64,000 nucleotides of DNA from an uncultured Armatimonadetes bacterium (GTDB lineage: Bacteria > Armatimonadota > Hebobacteria > Hebobacterales > Hebobacteraceae), in the NCBI GenBank assembly GCA_963716175.1, contig OY970296.1, forward strand, positions 5,591 through 69,590, given 5' to 3'. Positions within the stretch are counted from its first letter, which is position 1; every line of letters begins with the position of its first letter. A program made the translations under genes and the position numbers. Of this stretch, positions 1 to 9,772 are shown one piece after another. The notes beneath the pieces are model-generated. The model was not told the DNA's origin, made no database searches, and saw only the letters and a program-made list of their open reading frames with translations.

Positions 1-100
1 GAAAGGAGGCGGGGAGGCTGGAAGCTGCAGGCGAATCCGGGAGCAGCGTAGGCATAAATGACGCTTGGATCAATCCAAAGCGCTTGAAGGAGAAGAGGAA

Positions 101-1039
101 ATGTCGAAGTGGTTTGCAGTTTTGATGGCACTAGTGCTGGTCGCGATAGTGGCCAGCGCGGCCGTGGCGAAGCCAATCACGCTGACTGACGGGCAGCTCT
201 CGGCGATCGTCGCGGGAGAGGTCGCTGATATCGAGCACAGCTCGGGCGTGGCAACCGTTGGTGACAACGGAACCGCGATCGGCGAGCTCGAGGTCAAGGA
301 CTCGCTCAACCAGCAGGAGACCAAGATTGAGGACTCCCTCAACACCGACAACTCGGTCAACACCGAGGACTCCCTCAACACCGACACCGAAGTTAAGGTT
401 GAGGATTCGCTCAACAAGACCGAGACTGAGGTCAAGGTCGAGGATTCGTTCAACAAGACCGAGGACTCCAACAATACCGACAAGAGCGTGGATAACAGCG
501 TTGACAACAGCGGTCAGGACAACAGCACCACGACCGTCACCAAGATGGAGGATTCCAACAACACCGACACCGAAGTTAAGGTTGAGGATTCGTTCAACAA
601 GACCGAGACTGAGGTCAAGGTCGAGGATTCGTTCAACAAGACCGAGGACTCCAACAATACCGACAAGAGCGTGGATAACAGCGTTGACAACAGCGGTCAG
701 GACAACAGCACCACGACCGTGACGAAGACCGAGACCGAGACCAAGATTGAGGATTCCTACAATACGAACAATCAGAATCATAGCAAGAACCTGATTCTGA
801 TGGACGACGCCCAGGAGAATGCGCGCGCGATCTCCCTGGTCAACAGCCTCGGCGGGGACGTCGCTGTGGGCAGCAACATCCTGGTAGTGGCCAACCAGGC
901 CAGCGCGGCCCCGGGTGGTGCCGGCGGCGACGCGCGGACGCAGATCTGCAGCTCCGTGTTGGCCCAGCTGGTAGCCAACTTCTCGAGCGTGAAGATCACC
1001 CTTGGCGGCGGAGGCCGAGACGGCGGAGGCGGAGACTAA
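101..1039 (+). CDS. secreted acidic tandem-repeat protein; its N- and C-terminal modules are paralogous to the next gene
   Basis: ATG at 101 follows a GAAGGAG RBS. The signal peptide reads MSKWFAVLMALVLVAIVASAAVA. The middle carries degenerate tandem repeats (EDSLNTD, TEVKVEDSFNKTE), with a block repeated almost verbatim at residues about 105-160 and 165-220. The C-terminal motif GGDVAVGSNILVV is shared with 1156-1668, and the protein ends in a Gly-rich tail. Confidence 0.6.
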   Translation: MSKWFAVLMALVLVAIVASAAVAKPITLTDGQLSAIVAGEVADIEHSSGVATVGDNGTAIGELEVKDSLNQQETKIEDSLNTDNSVNTEDSLNTDTEVKVEDSLNKTETEVKVEDSFNKTEDSNNTDKSVDNSVDNSGQDNSTTTVTKMEDSNNTDTEVKVEDSFNKTETEVKVEDSFNKTEDSNNTDKSVDNSVDNSGQDNSTTTVTKTETETKIEDSYNTNNQNHSKNLILMDDAQENARAISLVNSLGGDVAVGSNILVVANQASAAPGGAGGDARTQICSSVLAQLVANFSSVKITLGGGGRDGGGGD

Positions 1040-1155
1040 GTGAAGTGACTGGGGAGGCCGTCACCCGGCTTCTCCACGGCAAGGCTCGGTCGTTGGGTCG
1101 CCCGATGGGGCGACCCAACGACTCCGGGCCATGCGGGAAGAAAGGCAGGGCTGTT

Positions 1156-1668
1156 ATGGTACGAGCAAAGAGTGGTCTGTATGTGACGCTGATTGGCCTC
1201 GCGATGCTGATCGCGATCAACCAGGCGTCTATGGGTGCGCCTATTCCCCTCTCCGATCGCGAGCTTGACGGCGTTTATGCCGAAGGTCTGGTTTTCGACT
1301 TGGACATGAAGCTCGACATCCAGGAGGGAAGCACGGTGTCGTTTGAGGGCGGCAACGTTGAAGACCTCAAGGCGTTGCTGGAGAATGGCTTGAGCTGGAA
1401 GAGCGCCGGGGTCGGAGATTCGGGCGGCACCGTAAAGGCCATGCTGGAGCCTGGGGGCGACCTGAATCTCGACGGCCTGTTGGGTTCCATCTACGTGGGC
1501 GGAAACGCCCTCCAGAACACGCAGAACCTATTCAACCTGATCGTCCAAGGCGGGGACGTGGCCGTGGGCATCAACATCTCCGTCATCCTGAACCCGGTGG
1601 ACAGCAACTTCTCTCTCTACAACTTCAATTTCAACTTCGGCGACGGGACCGTCACCATAGGGCAGTAG
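1156..1668 (+). CDS. secreted protein, paralog of 101-1039 (shared 'PIxLxDxxL' N-terminal and 'GGDVAVGxNI' C-terminal modules)
   Basis: ATG at 1156 is followed by the signal peptide MVRAKSGLYVTLIGLAMLIAINQASMG. APIPLSDRELDG aligns with AKPITLTDGQLS of the upstream protein, and QGGDVAVGINISVILN aligns with GGDVAVGSNILVVAN. Confidence 0.55.
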   Translation: MVRAKSGLYVTLIGLAMLIAINQASMGAPIPLSDRELDGVYAEGLVFDLDMKLDIQEGSTVSFEGGNVEDLKALLENGLSWKSAGVGDSGGTVKAMLEPGGDLNLDGLLGSIYVGGNALQNTQNLFNLIVQGGDVAVGINISVILNPVDSNFSLYNFNFNFGDGTVTIGQ

Positions 1669-1674
1669 GGCTCC

Positions 1675-2415
1675 ATGAGACACACGCTCAATACGTCCGG
1701 AAGCAGGGTGGCAGCGCGGTTGCTATCGGCCGCAGTCCTGTGGCTGATCGCGATGGCGGGTTCCCTCCCGGCAGCGGAGTTGCGGATTCCGGTAGGGACC
1801 TTCTCGGGGATCAACCTGACAGTGCGGCAGCAGGTGTTGAGTGTGGAGGAGCTGCGGAAACGGGATCTCACCATCCAGGAGCTGGACTATAGCTGCGGCT
1901 CGGCCGCTCTGGCAACTCTGCTCAATGCCTACCTTCAGATTCCGGTGACGGAGCGAGAGATCATTGACCACATCCTGAAGACCGGCGATCTGCGTAAGAT
2001 CATCGCGCGGCGCGCCTTCTCGCTGCTCGATCTCAAACGCTTCGCCACCAGTCGCGGCGCCGAGGCGGAAGGCTATAGCCTGACCTTTGACGAACTCATA
2101 GATCTTCAGCAGCCCATGCTGGTTCCCATCGTCATCCGAGGCTACAGGCACTTTGTCATCTTCCGCGGGATGAAGGATGGACGCGTGTACCTGGCCAATC
2201 CCTCCTTCGGAAGATGGACCTTGGCGCGAGCCGAGTTCGAGCGAATGTGGAAGCTGAAGGTGGGTCTCGGCGTCTGGCCAAAGTATGGGCCCACACTGCC
2301 AGGGAACGCCATGCGGCTAAACAAGGAGGACGAGGTCTATGTATCATCGCCGAGCACGAGCTCACTCTGTCTTGGTTCCGGCCTGCAGTTTGGTCAATCG
2401 CCGCACGAGTTCTAG
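1675..2415 (+). CDS. standalone C39-like cysteine peptidase with signal peptide (no fused ABC transporter)
   Basis: The motif ELDYSCGSAALATLLN matches the catalytic-Cys region of peptidase C39 (bacteriocin-processing) domains. An N-terminal hydrophobic signal sequence is present. Assignment is by motif recognition only. Confidence 0.55.
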   Translation: MRHTLNTSGSRVAARLLSAAVLWLIAMAGSLPAAELRIPVGTFSGINLTVRQQVLSVEELRKRDLTIQELDYSCGSAALATLLNAYLQIPVTEREIIDHILKTGDLRKIIARRAFSLLDLKRFATSRGAEAEGYSLTFDELIDLQQPMLVPIVIRGYRHFVIFRGMKDGRVYLANPSFGRWTLARAEFERMWKLKVGLGVWPKYGPTLPGNAMRLNKEDEVYVSSPSTSSLCLGSGLQFGQSPHEF

Positions 2416-3532
2416 CCGCCCACATATCCTGTCTGGTAGAGCGGCGCCCGTACTTCGGCTGATCTTTCTCTGCTCCATTGTGGCCATCGCCCTATGCTGG
2501 CAGGGGAATCAGCACGCGGGGGCGGCCGCTGAGGCCCCCGCCGCCCCGGGGCAAGCCGCCCCAAGCCAAGAGGAGACGAAGGATACACTCCAGACCCCGA
2601 CCGAGCCCCAGCGCCCATCTTCTTCTCAGGTCGAGCGCGGCGGACTGCTGGCTGGCAAAGGCAGGCTGGAGCTGGAGTATCGGCTCTCCTACGCACACTT
2701 CTCCCGGAATGTGATCTTCATTGATGGCGTCGCTATCCTGCCGGTGCTGGTCGTGGGGGAGATTGCCGTGGAACGCATCCGGCGGGATATCCTGGTCGCA
2801 TCCGTCACTGGGCGCTATGGTTTGCGCGACAATCTCCAGCTCGAGTTGACGGTTCCCTATCGCTACCAGGGTGATCGGAGCTCTGTCCCAGAGGCAACCC
2901 CTCCCCGGGAGACGACCCTCAGCGACCGCGGCCTGGGAGATATCCAGGCCGGACTCTTCTACCAGCTTCCCGGTTCCTCCGCCCGCCCGATCAAGTACAT
3001 CGCCGGGCTGCGCGTGAAGAGTACAACCGGCAAGGACATATTCGAGATTAATCCCGAGAAAGAGCACGCCATGGGCACCGGCTTCTGGAACACCAAGCTC
3101 TCTCTCACCGCGGTGCGAGTCTCCGACCCAGCCGTGCTCTTCGCGACCGTCGGTTACACTCACAACTTCGACCGACGCAATCTCCTTGTCACTTCGCAGG
3201 ACCCCGAAACCGGGGAGCCGGTGCAGACCCGGGTCAGCTTCTACCCGGGCGGTACGATCGAACTCGGTACCGGCCTGGCCTACGCCCTCAATCCCCGGCT
3301 TTCCCTGAACACTCAGTTTGCTGTCAGTTGGACCCGGGCGACTCGGGTGCAGACTCCGACCTCAGGGGGCAGTGTCCCCATCAGTGGGACCACTCTCACG
3401 GTGGGCAGCCTCCGGCTCGGCACCGTGTGGGTTGACGATCCGCGTGCCGCCACCGAGTTGTCGGCGGAAATCGGACTGACAGAGGATGCGCCGGACATGC
3501 TCCTCGAGCTTCGGAGGTCGTATCGGTTCTAA
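2339..3532 (+). CDS. outer-membrane beta-barrel protein (Phenol_MetA_deg-like putative transporter family)
   Basis: The sequence alternates hydrophobic beta-strands and ends in ...LRRSYRF, an aromatic C-terminus typical of OMPs. A signal-like hydrophobic segment reads LRLIFLCSIVAIALC. The true start is uncertain because the ORF overlaps the C39 gene. A paralog lies at 5960-7024. Confidence 0.55.
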   Translation: MYHRRARAHSVLVPACSLVNRRTSSSRPHILSGRAAPVLRLIFLCSIVAIALCWQGNQHAGAAAEAPAAPGQAAPSQEETKDTLQTPTEPQRPSSSQVERGGLLAGKGRLELEYRLSYAHFSRNVIFIDGVAILPVLVVGEIAVERIRRDILVASVTGRYGLRDNLQLELTVPYRYQGDRSSVPEATPPRETTLSDRGLGDIQAGLFYQLPGSSARPIKYIAGLRVKSTTGKDIFEINPEKEHAMGTGFWNTKLSLTAVRVSDPAVLFATVGYTHNFDRRNLLVTSQDPETGEPVQTRVSFYPGGTIELGTGLAYALNPRLSLNTQFAVSWTRATRVQTPTSGGSVPISGTTLTVGSLRLGTVWVDDPRAATELSAEIGLTEDAPDMLLELRRSYRF

Positions 3533-3533
3533 T

Positions 3534-3566
3534 GGCGTTCGCACAAAGAAGTAATGTGCGAACGCC
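3534..3566 (+). terminator. perfect 12-bp stem-loop (GGCGTTCGCACA-N9-TGTGCGAACGCC) 2 nt after the OMP stop; a second nested hairpin lies at 3593-3635
   Basis: The inverted repeat was read directly from the sequence. No U-tract follows, so intrinsic termination is uncertain. Confidence 0.35.
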
Positions 3567-3719
3567 GCTCTGGGCCCGTCTGAGCAGTTGCCTGAGCTTC
3601 GCCCCCCTACTTCTTTGAGCGAAGCTCAGTAGGGGACAAGGGCGAAGTTTCTGCCCGTGGGCGCTTTCGACCTGGAGCACGGCCTCTGGAGTGCCCGGGT
3701 CCCCCATTTCGGTGGGCGC

Positions 3720-5279
3720 ATGAGGAATCAGGGCATGGTGATGGGATTCAGGAGACGGTGGCTATTGCTGGCGATCGGGCTGCTCACCGCCTCCTCGGCG
3801 CGAGCAGCAGAGGCGGGCATTCGGTTCACGGTCACCGAGATCCCTCTCGGCAAGCTAACTGCGAGCATCCCCCTGGCGACCGTTCTCGTCAGCCCGGACA
3901 GCAGGAGACTCGCCTTCTCGACTGCGCGCGGCGGAAAATGGACGGTCGTGGTGGACGGAGTGGAGGGCAAGCGTTACGACCACATTGCCAAGAACAGTGT
4001 GATCTTCAGCCCGGACGGACGGCAGTTCGCCTATCCCTTCAGGCGAGACGAAAGATGGGCGGTCGCAGTTGGGGGTTCCGAACACCAATCATTCGACAGC
4101 ATCGGGCAAAATACTCTGCTCTTCGGCCCCGACGGCAAGCGCCTCGCCTATGTTGCCAGGAGCGGCGCAAAGTGGGCTGTCGTGGTGGACGGTGTCCCTG
4201 GGAAGGAGTATGACGGCATCGTAGCGGGAAGCGTCGCCTTCAGCCCCGACGACAGGCGCCTGGCCTATGCCGCCCGGGATGGCACCCGGCGCTTCGCCGT
4301 GATTGATGGGGTCGAGGGCAAGGAGTATGCCGCAGTCTCGGGCCTCGTGTTTAGCCCGGACAGCACCCGCGTCGCTTACCTGGCAAGACGCGGCCAACGC
4401 CAGTTGGTGGTCGCGGATGGAGAGGAGGGGAAGGAGTATGAGGCGGTCAAGTCTCTCCAGTTCAGCCCTGACAGCAAGCGCTTCGCCTTTGTTGCTTTGC
4501 ACGACGGGCGCCCGGTGGTCGTCGTGGACGGAGTGGAAGGCAAGGACTACGATGGGATCGCCTTCCTCCATTTCAGCCCCGATGGCGGCCGGGTGGCTTA
4601 TGTCGCCATGCGGAATGGCAAAGAACGCGTCGTCGTGGATGGCGTAGAAGGGCCGGAGCGCGACGCGGTCGGTGTCGCAAGCCCGGTCTTCAGCTCGGAC
4701 GGCAAGCGGATGGCCTCGGCCTTCTCCCAGGGCGGAAAGTGGCTTATCACCCTGGATGGACAGCAGAGCAAGGCTTACGACGGAATCGGCAAGGGGAGCC
4801 CACTGTTCAGTCCCGACGGTCAGCATCTCGCCTGCCTCGCGAAACGCAACGGCAAGTGGCTGGTCGTACTAGACAGTATGGAGGGTCCTGAATTCGACGC
4901 CATTGGGGAACGCGGTCCCGTCTTCAGCCCCGACAGCAAGTTGCTCGCCTATCCTGCCAGGCGGGGGAGCAGGTGGCAAGTAGTGGTGAACGGGGTGGGG
5001 ACAAAGGAAACCTATGATGGTTTCCTACGGGGGAGCAACCTGGTGTTTGACGGTCCGAAATCGCTGCACGCGATTGCCTTACGTGGGAACGACTTCATTC
5101 GCCTCGAGCTGCAAGTCCTGGGAGCTGATCCCGGCGCAACCGCCACGCAGCCGGGCCGCCCGATTTCATCGCCGAACCCCACGAAGCCGGTGGCTACTGG
5201 AAACCTCTATCACGACTGGGACAGGGCAACAATCTGTCCCGAGGAGGGTGCAGTCCTCTTAGGAGGTGCTTGCGGCTAG
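3720..5279 (+). CDS. secreted beta-propeller repeat protein (about 12 PD40/TolB-like 'FSPDG' repeats)
   Basis: The signal peptide reads MVMGFRRRWLLLAIGLLTASSARAAEA. A unit of about 40 aa, W.VVVDGVEGK.YD.I...VFSPDGRR.AY, recurs about 12 times. Confidence 0.65.
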   Translation: MRNQGMVMGFRRRWLLLAIGLLTASSARAAEAGIRFTVTEIPLGKLTASIPLATVLVSPDSRRLAFSTARGGKWTVVVDGVEGKRYDHIAKNSVIFSPDGRQFAYPFRRDERWAVAVGGSEHQSFDSIGQNTLLFGPDGKRLAYVARSGAKWAVVVDGVPGKEYDGIVAGSVAFSPDDRRLAYAARDGTRRFAVIDGVEGKEYAAVSGLVFSPDSTRVAYLARRGQRQLVVADGEEGKEYEAVKSLQFSPDSKRFAFVALHDGRPVVVVDGVEGKDYDGIAFLHFSPDGGRVAYVAMRNGKERVVVDGVEGPERDAVGVASPVFSSDGKRMASAFSQGGKWLITLDGQQSKAYDGIGKGSPLFSPDGQHLACLAKRNGKWLVVLDSMEGPEFDAIGERGPVFSPDSKLLAYPARRGSRWQVVVNGVGTKETYDGFLRGSNLVFDGPKSLHAIALRGNDFIRLELQVLGADPGATATQPGRPISSPNPTKPVATGNLYHDWDRATICPEEGAVLLGGACG

Positions 5280-5327
5280 TCGGGCTTCACGCTGATCGAG
5301 CTGTTGGTCGTGATCGCTCTGCAATAG
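5280..5327 (+). pseudogene. remnant of a prepilin-type N-terminal methylation domain (SGFTLIELLVVIAL then stop)
   Basis: The classic GFTLIELLVVIA motif sits immediately after the stop of the upstream gene and is truncated after 16 codons. Confidence 0.45.
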
Positions 5328-5959
5328 TAGAGTGTCTCCGAGGGGGGAGTGCGCGTATTGTGTGGCATTTGCATGAACGGGCTTGCCAACGATGACCTCC
5401 AAGCGCGCCCCGGGGCACTGGGCATCTCGTGGCGGATTCGGGCAGAAGGGACGATAGACACCCCCGAGCAGCAGAGCAGCAGTCCGCAGGCGCGGCGGAA
5501 GACAGCCCATACCTTGCCACGACCTGCGACGAACTGCGGGAACAGACCGCGAGCAGGCATTCCCCCGTCTGCCTCAACAGCACATCATGCCAGGACATCG
5601 CTTGGGCGCTCTCCGATCCGGCGCTCAACGAAGCCGGATGACGTAGTCCACCTTCACGGTGTAGTTGGTGTCGGCGCCGGGTGCGGTCGGAAACGTCGCC
5701 CAGCTCTCCACGAGGGAATCCCTGGACAGCGGGCTGATGAACCCCAGACTCCACATGGATTCGTGGCCGTCATCCGTCTGGATCCAGGCGCTGCGCAGGG
5801 TCAGGCGCTTGGTCACTGTCGCGTCCGCGCCGAGAAACAGAGCGTGATTGTGCGATTGGAGGCTATACCCGAGGTGACCATTCGCCTGCCCCCCCACCGG
5901 TATCGAAGCTACTGCGTACGGAAAGACATCGCCATGCCAATCCCGATCACCCGAGACGT

Positions 5960-7024
5960 TTGCCACGCCCAGGGCGACTCGGGCGCCCTGCTGCAAGGGA
6001 ATGCGGTATTTCGCCTGGAAGACCGGCCCGCCACCCGATTCCGGCCCGCGAGGCCTTGGCGGAACCGGAGAAGGCGCGGCCGCCGGTGCCGGCCCAGGTG
6101 GAGCGTGGGGGGCTGCTCTTGGCCCCGGGGAAGTCCGAGGTCGAGTACCGGCTCTCCCTGGCGAACTTCTCCAGCAACACCATCTTCATTGACGGAATCG
6201 CCATCCTCCCGGTAATCGTGGTGGGGAACATCGCCCTCTAACGCACCCGCACTCACATCCTGATCGAGTCTTGGGCCTACCGGCTGGGGCTGCCGAACAA
6301 CACTCAGTTCGAGCTCATGGTGCCATACCGCTACCAGCACAACCGAAACGCAGTCCCTGAGGCCACTCCGCCCAGAGAGACCCTCCAGGACGACCGCGGC
6401 GTAGGCGACATCACGGCCGCGATCTATCACCAGCTCTCCGGCCGACACTGGGGCAGCGCCCTGGTGGCCGGCCTACAGCTCAAGTCCACCACAGGACGGG
6501 ACATCTTTGAGACCATCCACCTCGTAACCATTGACGACGAGACACAAGTGGTGCAAGATGGCTTGCCGATGGGGACAGGGTTCTGGAGTGCGAAAGCAGT
6601 GCTGGCCGGGGTGCGGATCTCAGACCCGGCTGCGCTCTTCTGGAACCTAGGATACACCCGGAGCTTGCCCCGCGACCACGTGACCGTGTACCGTACCGAC
6701 CCCACCACCGAGACGCCGGCGGGAGAGCAGGTGAAGGTCTCGCCGGGCGCCACCTTCGAGTACGGCTTCGGCCTGGGTTATGCCCTGAACCCCGACCTCT
6801 CGCTTAACCTGCAGTTCCAGCAGTCATTCACCCAGTCCACGCGCATCAGCGGAGCTGAAGCAGCCGGCTGGGTTGCCGGCTCCACGGTGAATGCGGCTAT
6901 CTTGCGGTTGGGAGCGGTCTGGAGCACAAGCGCGCACTCGAGCACGGAGCTGTCGGTGAGCAATGGGCTTACCGCGGACTCGCCCGACTTCGTCGTGGAA
7001 CTGCGTAAGGTCTACAGCTACTAG
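5960..7024 (+). pseudogene. OMP paralog of 2339-3532, interrupted by an in-frame TAA at 6239-6241 and lacking a recognisable signal peptide
   Basis: VERGGLLLAPGKSEVEYRLSLANFSSNTIFIDGIAILPV aligns with the upstream OMP. The in-frame TAA falls where the paralog has Glu (IAVERIRR versus IAL*RTRT). The downstream part (VPYRYQ...ELRKVYSY) is co-linear. Confidence 0.5.
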
Positions 7025-7498
7025 CCTGCGTCGATCCCCGGGGCGCGAGTCGCCCCCGGCTGGCTGGTCCACGCGGTGGAGGACGAAAGTTGCGGAGGTT
7101 GCGGCTGCTGCTGGGAGTGGTTCTGGCCCTGTTGTCGGGCCTGGTCATGGGCCGGGCCTGGTCGGGTCACGCTGCCTCCTGGCCGTTCGGGATACTGCTG
7201 CTCGCATCTGTCCTTGTCAGGCACCCGTGAAGCCGGCCTGACATCACGCCCGTAGTGTACCAGGATTCATCCAGCCCCCCCTCTTGTCCCACTTTCGCTG
7301 ACACTTTACACGCTTCCTGTTCACGGCTCTACTCCTCCTTCCCATCGCCCGCCGTGCCGTGATGCCCCGGCCGGTCCATCTCCACGCTAACTTCCGCCCC
7401 GGAGCACTTCCTTACCGGAACCTATTGCCCTGTTTCGCCTCATTCACCAAATGCCGGCGCCGAGTGGCAAGCACCCGCCCTGGAGTGCGCATCGGTCA

Positions 7499-8635
7499 CT
7501 ACTGCACGAGCCGGACCGGCATCTGGTTGGCGATCGTCACGAGTATGGCGGTCAGGTCCTTGGAGTTTGGAGTGGAGTAGGCACGACCGAAGCCACGGAC
7601 CAGGCCGGCGTTGAACTTAGCGTCGGCCCCCGAGAGGCCGTAGTTGCTCTGCGCGTCACGGTCCAGCGTCACAGTGAAGATGCTTATCCCGTCTTGCCAG
7701 CACCGGTTCGCCGCGTCGATTGCGGGCTGGCGGCGAGAGGAAGGTTCCGGCATCCCGTCGGAGACTAACACGATCACTTTCACAGCGTCGTCCGATCCCG
7801 TGTCATGGAAGATGGCGCGAGCGGTGTCAAACCCTGGCGCCATGTGGGTCCCGAGCCCAACGACTTTGGTGGCCGCGAACTTCCCAATGGTATCATGAAT
7901 CAGCTGCATCGAATCAGGGATCCGGCTCAAGTCGAGCCAGCGCTTTGCTGTATCCACAAAGGTGACAAGCCCGACCCGATCTCCCGCCAGGTTCTGTTGG
8001 GCCATAGTCTGTACCAGCGCCCAATCGGCATCCTTCGCGTCCCCTATCTCCTCCGTGAACGAACGGCTGCAATCTTGAAGGATGACGATCTCCCTCTTGC
8101 CGACCATCGCGACGCCACTTGCGGATACGTCGGCCGCTTTGCGGCCGAAGACGTTGGCGAAGAACAGAGGCACCGGGCCGGCAGGTGAGCCATCGGTCCT
8201 GCGAGCAATGACCATGGCGGCCGTCGCGTCGGCGAAGTACCCTCCTGGCTCGAACCGCTGCTGCGCCGAGTCATAGCTGCCGAAGATGATGTCGGCACTG
8301 GGATCGAGCCTCACGTTCGCTCCCGCCGCTCCGTTGGCCTGGGCCGCTGTTAGGGCCTCGACCTCGGCCTCAGTCCTGCTCTCTCCATCGCGGATAGCCG
8401 CTATGGCTGCCAACGCGCCCGCGTCCGCCGCGTTCTGCAGCTGCGCCCGTGTGACGTAAAGGTATCCGACGTCGACGGCGAGCGCCACGCAGCTAAGCAA
8501 CACGACCATAAGGATGGCAGTCCAGACCAACACCGCGCCGCGCTGACGGTCTCTACAACCGCATCGCGCGCACACTCCGAATGCACTGACGTCACCAGTT
8601 CGCCTACCGTTCAGCATCTGCCTGACACCTCCCAC
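7499..8635 (-). CDS. tadG: TadG-like pilus-associated protein with von Willebrand factor A domain
   Basis: The N-terminal TadE/G-like helix reads LLSCVALAVDVGYLYVTRAQLQNAADAGALAA. The vWA region has the MIDAS-like VILQDCSRSF and ...VLVSDGMP. Confidence 0.7.
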   Translation of the reverse strand: MGGVRQMLNGRRTGDVSAFGVCARCGCRDRQRGAVLVWTAILMVVLLSCVALAVDVGYLYVTRAQLQNAADAGALAAIAAIRDGESRTEAEVEALTAAQANGAAGANVRLDPSADIIFGSYDSAQQRFEPGGYFADATAAMVIARRTDGSPAGPVPLFFANVFGRKAADVSASGVAMVGKREIVILQDCSRSFTEEIGDAKDADWALVQTMAQQNLAGDRVGLVTFVDTAKRWLDLSRIPDSMQLIHDTIGKFAATKVVGLGTHMAPGFDTARAIFHDTGSDDAVKVIVLVSDGMPEPSSRRQPAIDAANRCWQDGISIFTVTLDRDAQSNYGLSGADAKFNAGLVRGFGRAYSTPNSKDLTAILVTIANQMPVRLVQ

Positions 8636-9209
8636 CCAGCATTAAGCGTAGCCAGTTACATTGTTCGACGCCATCGGGAAATCGTATGAACCGCGTCACC
8701 GATGGTACTACTACCCGAGTATCAGGGAGGGATTCTCAGGGACGCTTGTAGCGCTAGCCGGCATCACACACTCGCTACCAGAGAATCCGTTTTCCGAGCC
8801 GTGAGTTCCAGTCCCGGAGGCCCAGGGTTCCAGGAGCGACGCAATCAGCATATGTGGAATCGTATGGCACCATTTCCTGGACACCACAGCCAGGCCTGGC
8901 ATTCTGACGCTTTCCGGCATCTGACGTGACACGCAAGCTGTCAGATATGGAACAATCCATTCACCTGGCTGTGACGGCGTCCTGTACTTCCGCCCGTCAC
9001 GAGCGGCAACAACAGGTGTGGCGACTACACGGGGCGATGGCATGGGCCGACCCATGTACCGCAGAGCCAGACGCTCCAGCAAGCCGCAGCCGGACATCGC
9101 CCATGGCAGCCGAACTGGAGATACAAATCGGGGACTACTTGCCTCACTCATATCGTCTCGGCGCTCCTTCTCCGGTACACGGTGAGCGTCGCGTGATGAT
9201 CCCTGCCCG

Positions 9210-9643
9210 TCAGAGCCTCGGCGAGCGCGGCCGAGAGCGGTCGGCCGCGCAGGCCAATCGCGAGAGGAAGCGAACCGGCCGTGCAGCCCGGTTGATGAAG
9301 GCACAGATGCCGTCTCTCATCTCCTCTACCTCCCCGATCAGAGCGTCGGGCTCCGAATCGCGATGCCGCTCACAGAAGTCGATGCTGAGTTTCAGCGCCG
9401 CGCAGAGATGGAACAACTCGCGCCGGAACTCACTTGACTCGTCGTTGGACCTAGGCGGGAGCAGGATTGGGGGAAGGCTGTGGACCCTCGGCATCGTGAT
9501 GACCACCATCACCGCGCACAGCGCGGTACTAGCGACGGCGCTGACCAGCGCCGCCAGCGTGAAGCCCAGGCCAAGCGCTGACAACCATGCTACTGCGATG
9601 AGCATTGACGCCAGAAACCGATACTGCGAGTTCGCCTTCATCG
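9210..9643 (-). CDS. hypothetical small membrane protein
   Basis: An ATG with an AAAGG RBS precedes one predicted TM helix (LASMLIAVAWLSALGLGFTLAALV) and a cytoplasmic tail. There is no recognisable homology, so this is a weak call. Confidence 0.3.
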
Positions 9644-9772
9644 AGCTACCTTTCTTGAGAACTCGTTCGTATGGCGCAGGGCTGTCAGCCCGCGTTCCGC
9701 CCAGCCACGTGGGTCTCAAGGGTCAGCGCATCGCCTTGCCCGAGGCCCTCTGAGCGGGGAAGCAGCGTCATG

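Noticed and set aside
5625-5996. 123-aa minus-strand ORF with beta-strand-like alternation (possible OMP C-terminal fragment)
   Set aside because: It has no start context and no terminal aromatic residue, and it overlaps the plus-strand OMP-paralog fragment. It cannot be supported from sequence alone.
5349-6215. 288-aa plus-strand ORF in the debris zone
   Set aside because: Low-complexity Arg/Pro-rich translation with no signal or motif. It overlaps the OMP-paralog frame and a minus-strand ORF.
8650-9209. ORFs 8711-9304 (-) and 8926-9753 (+) upstream of tadG
   Set aside because: They overlap each other, have no motifs or RBS, and show high-GC frame bias. The region is more likely the tadG promoter or UTR.
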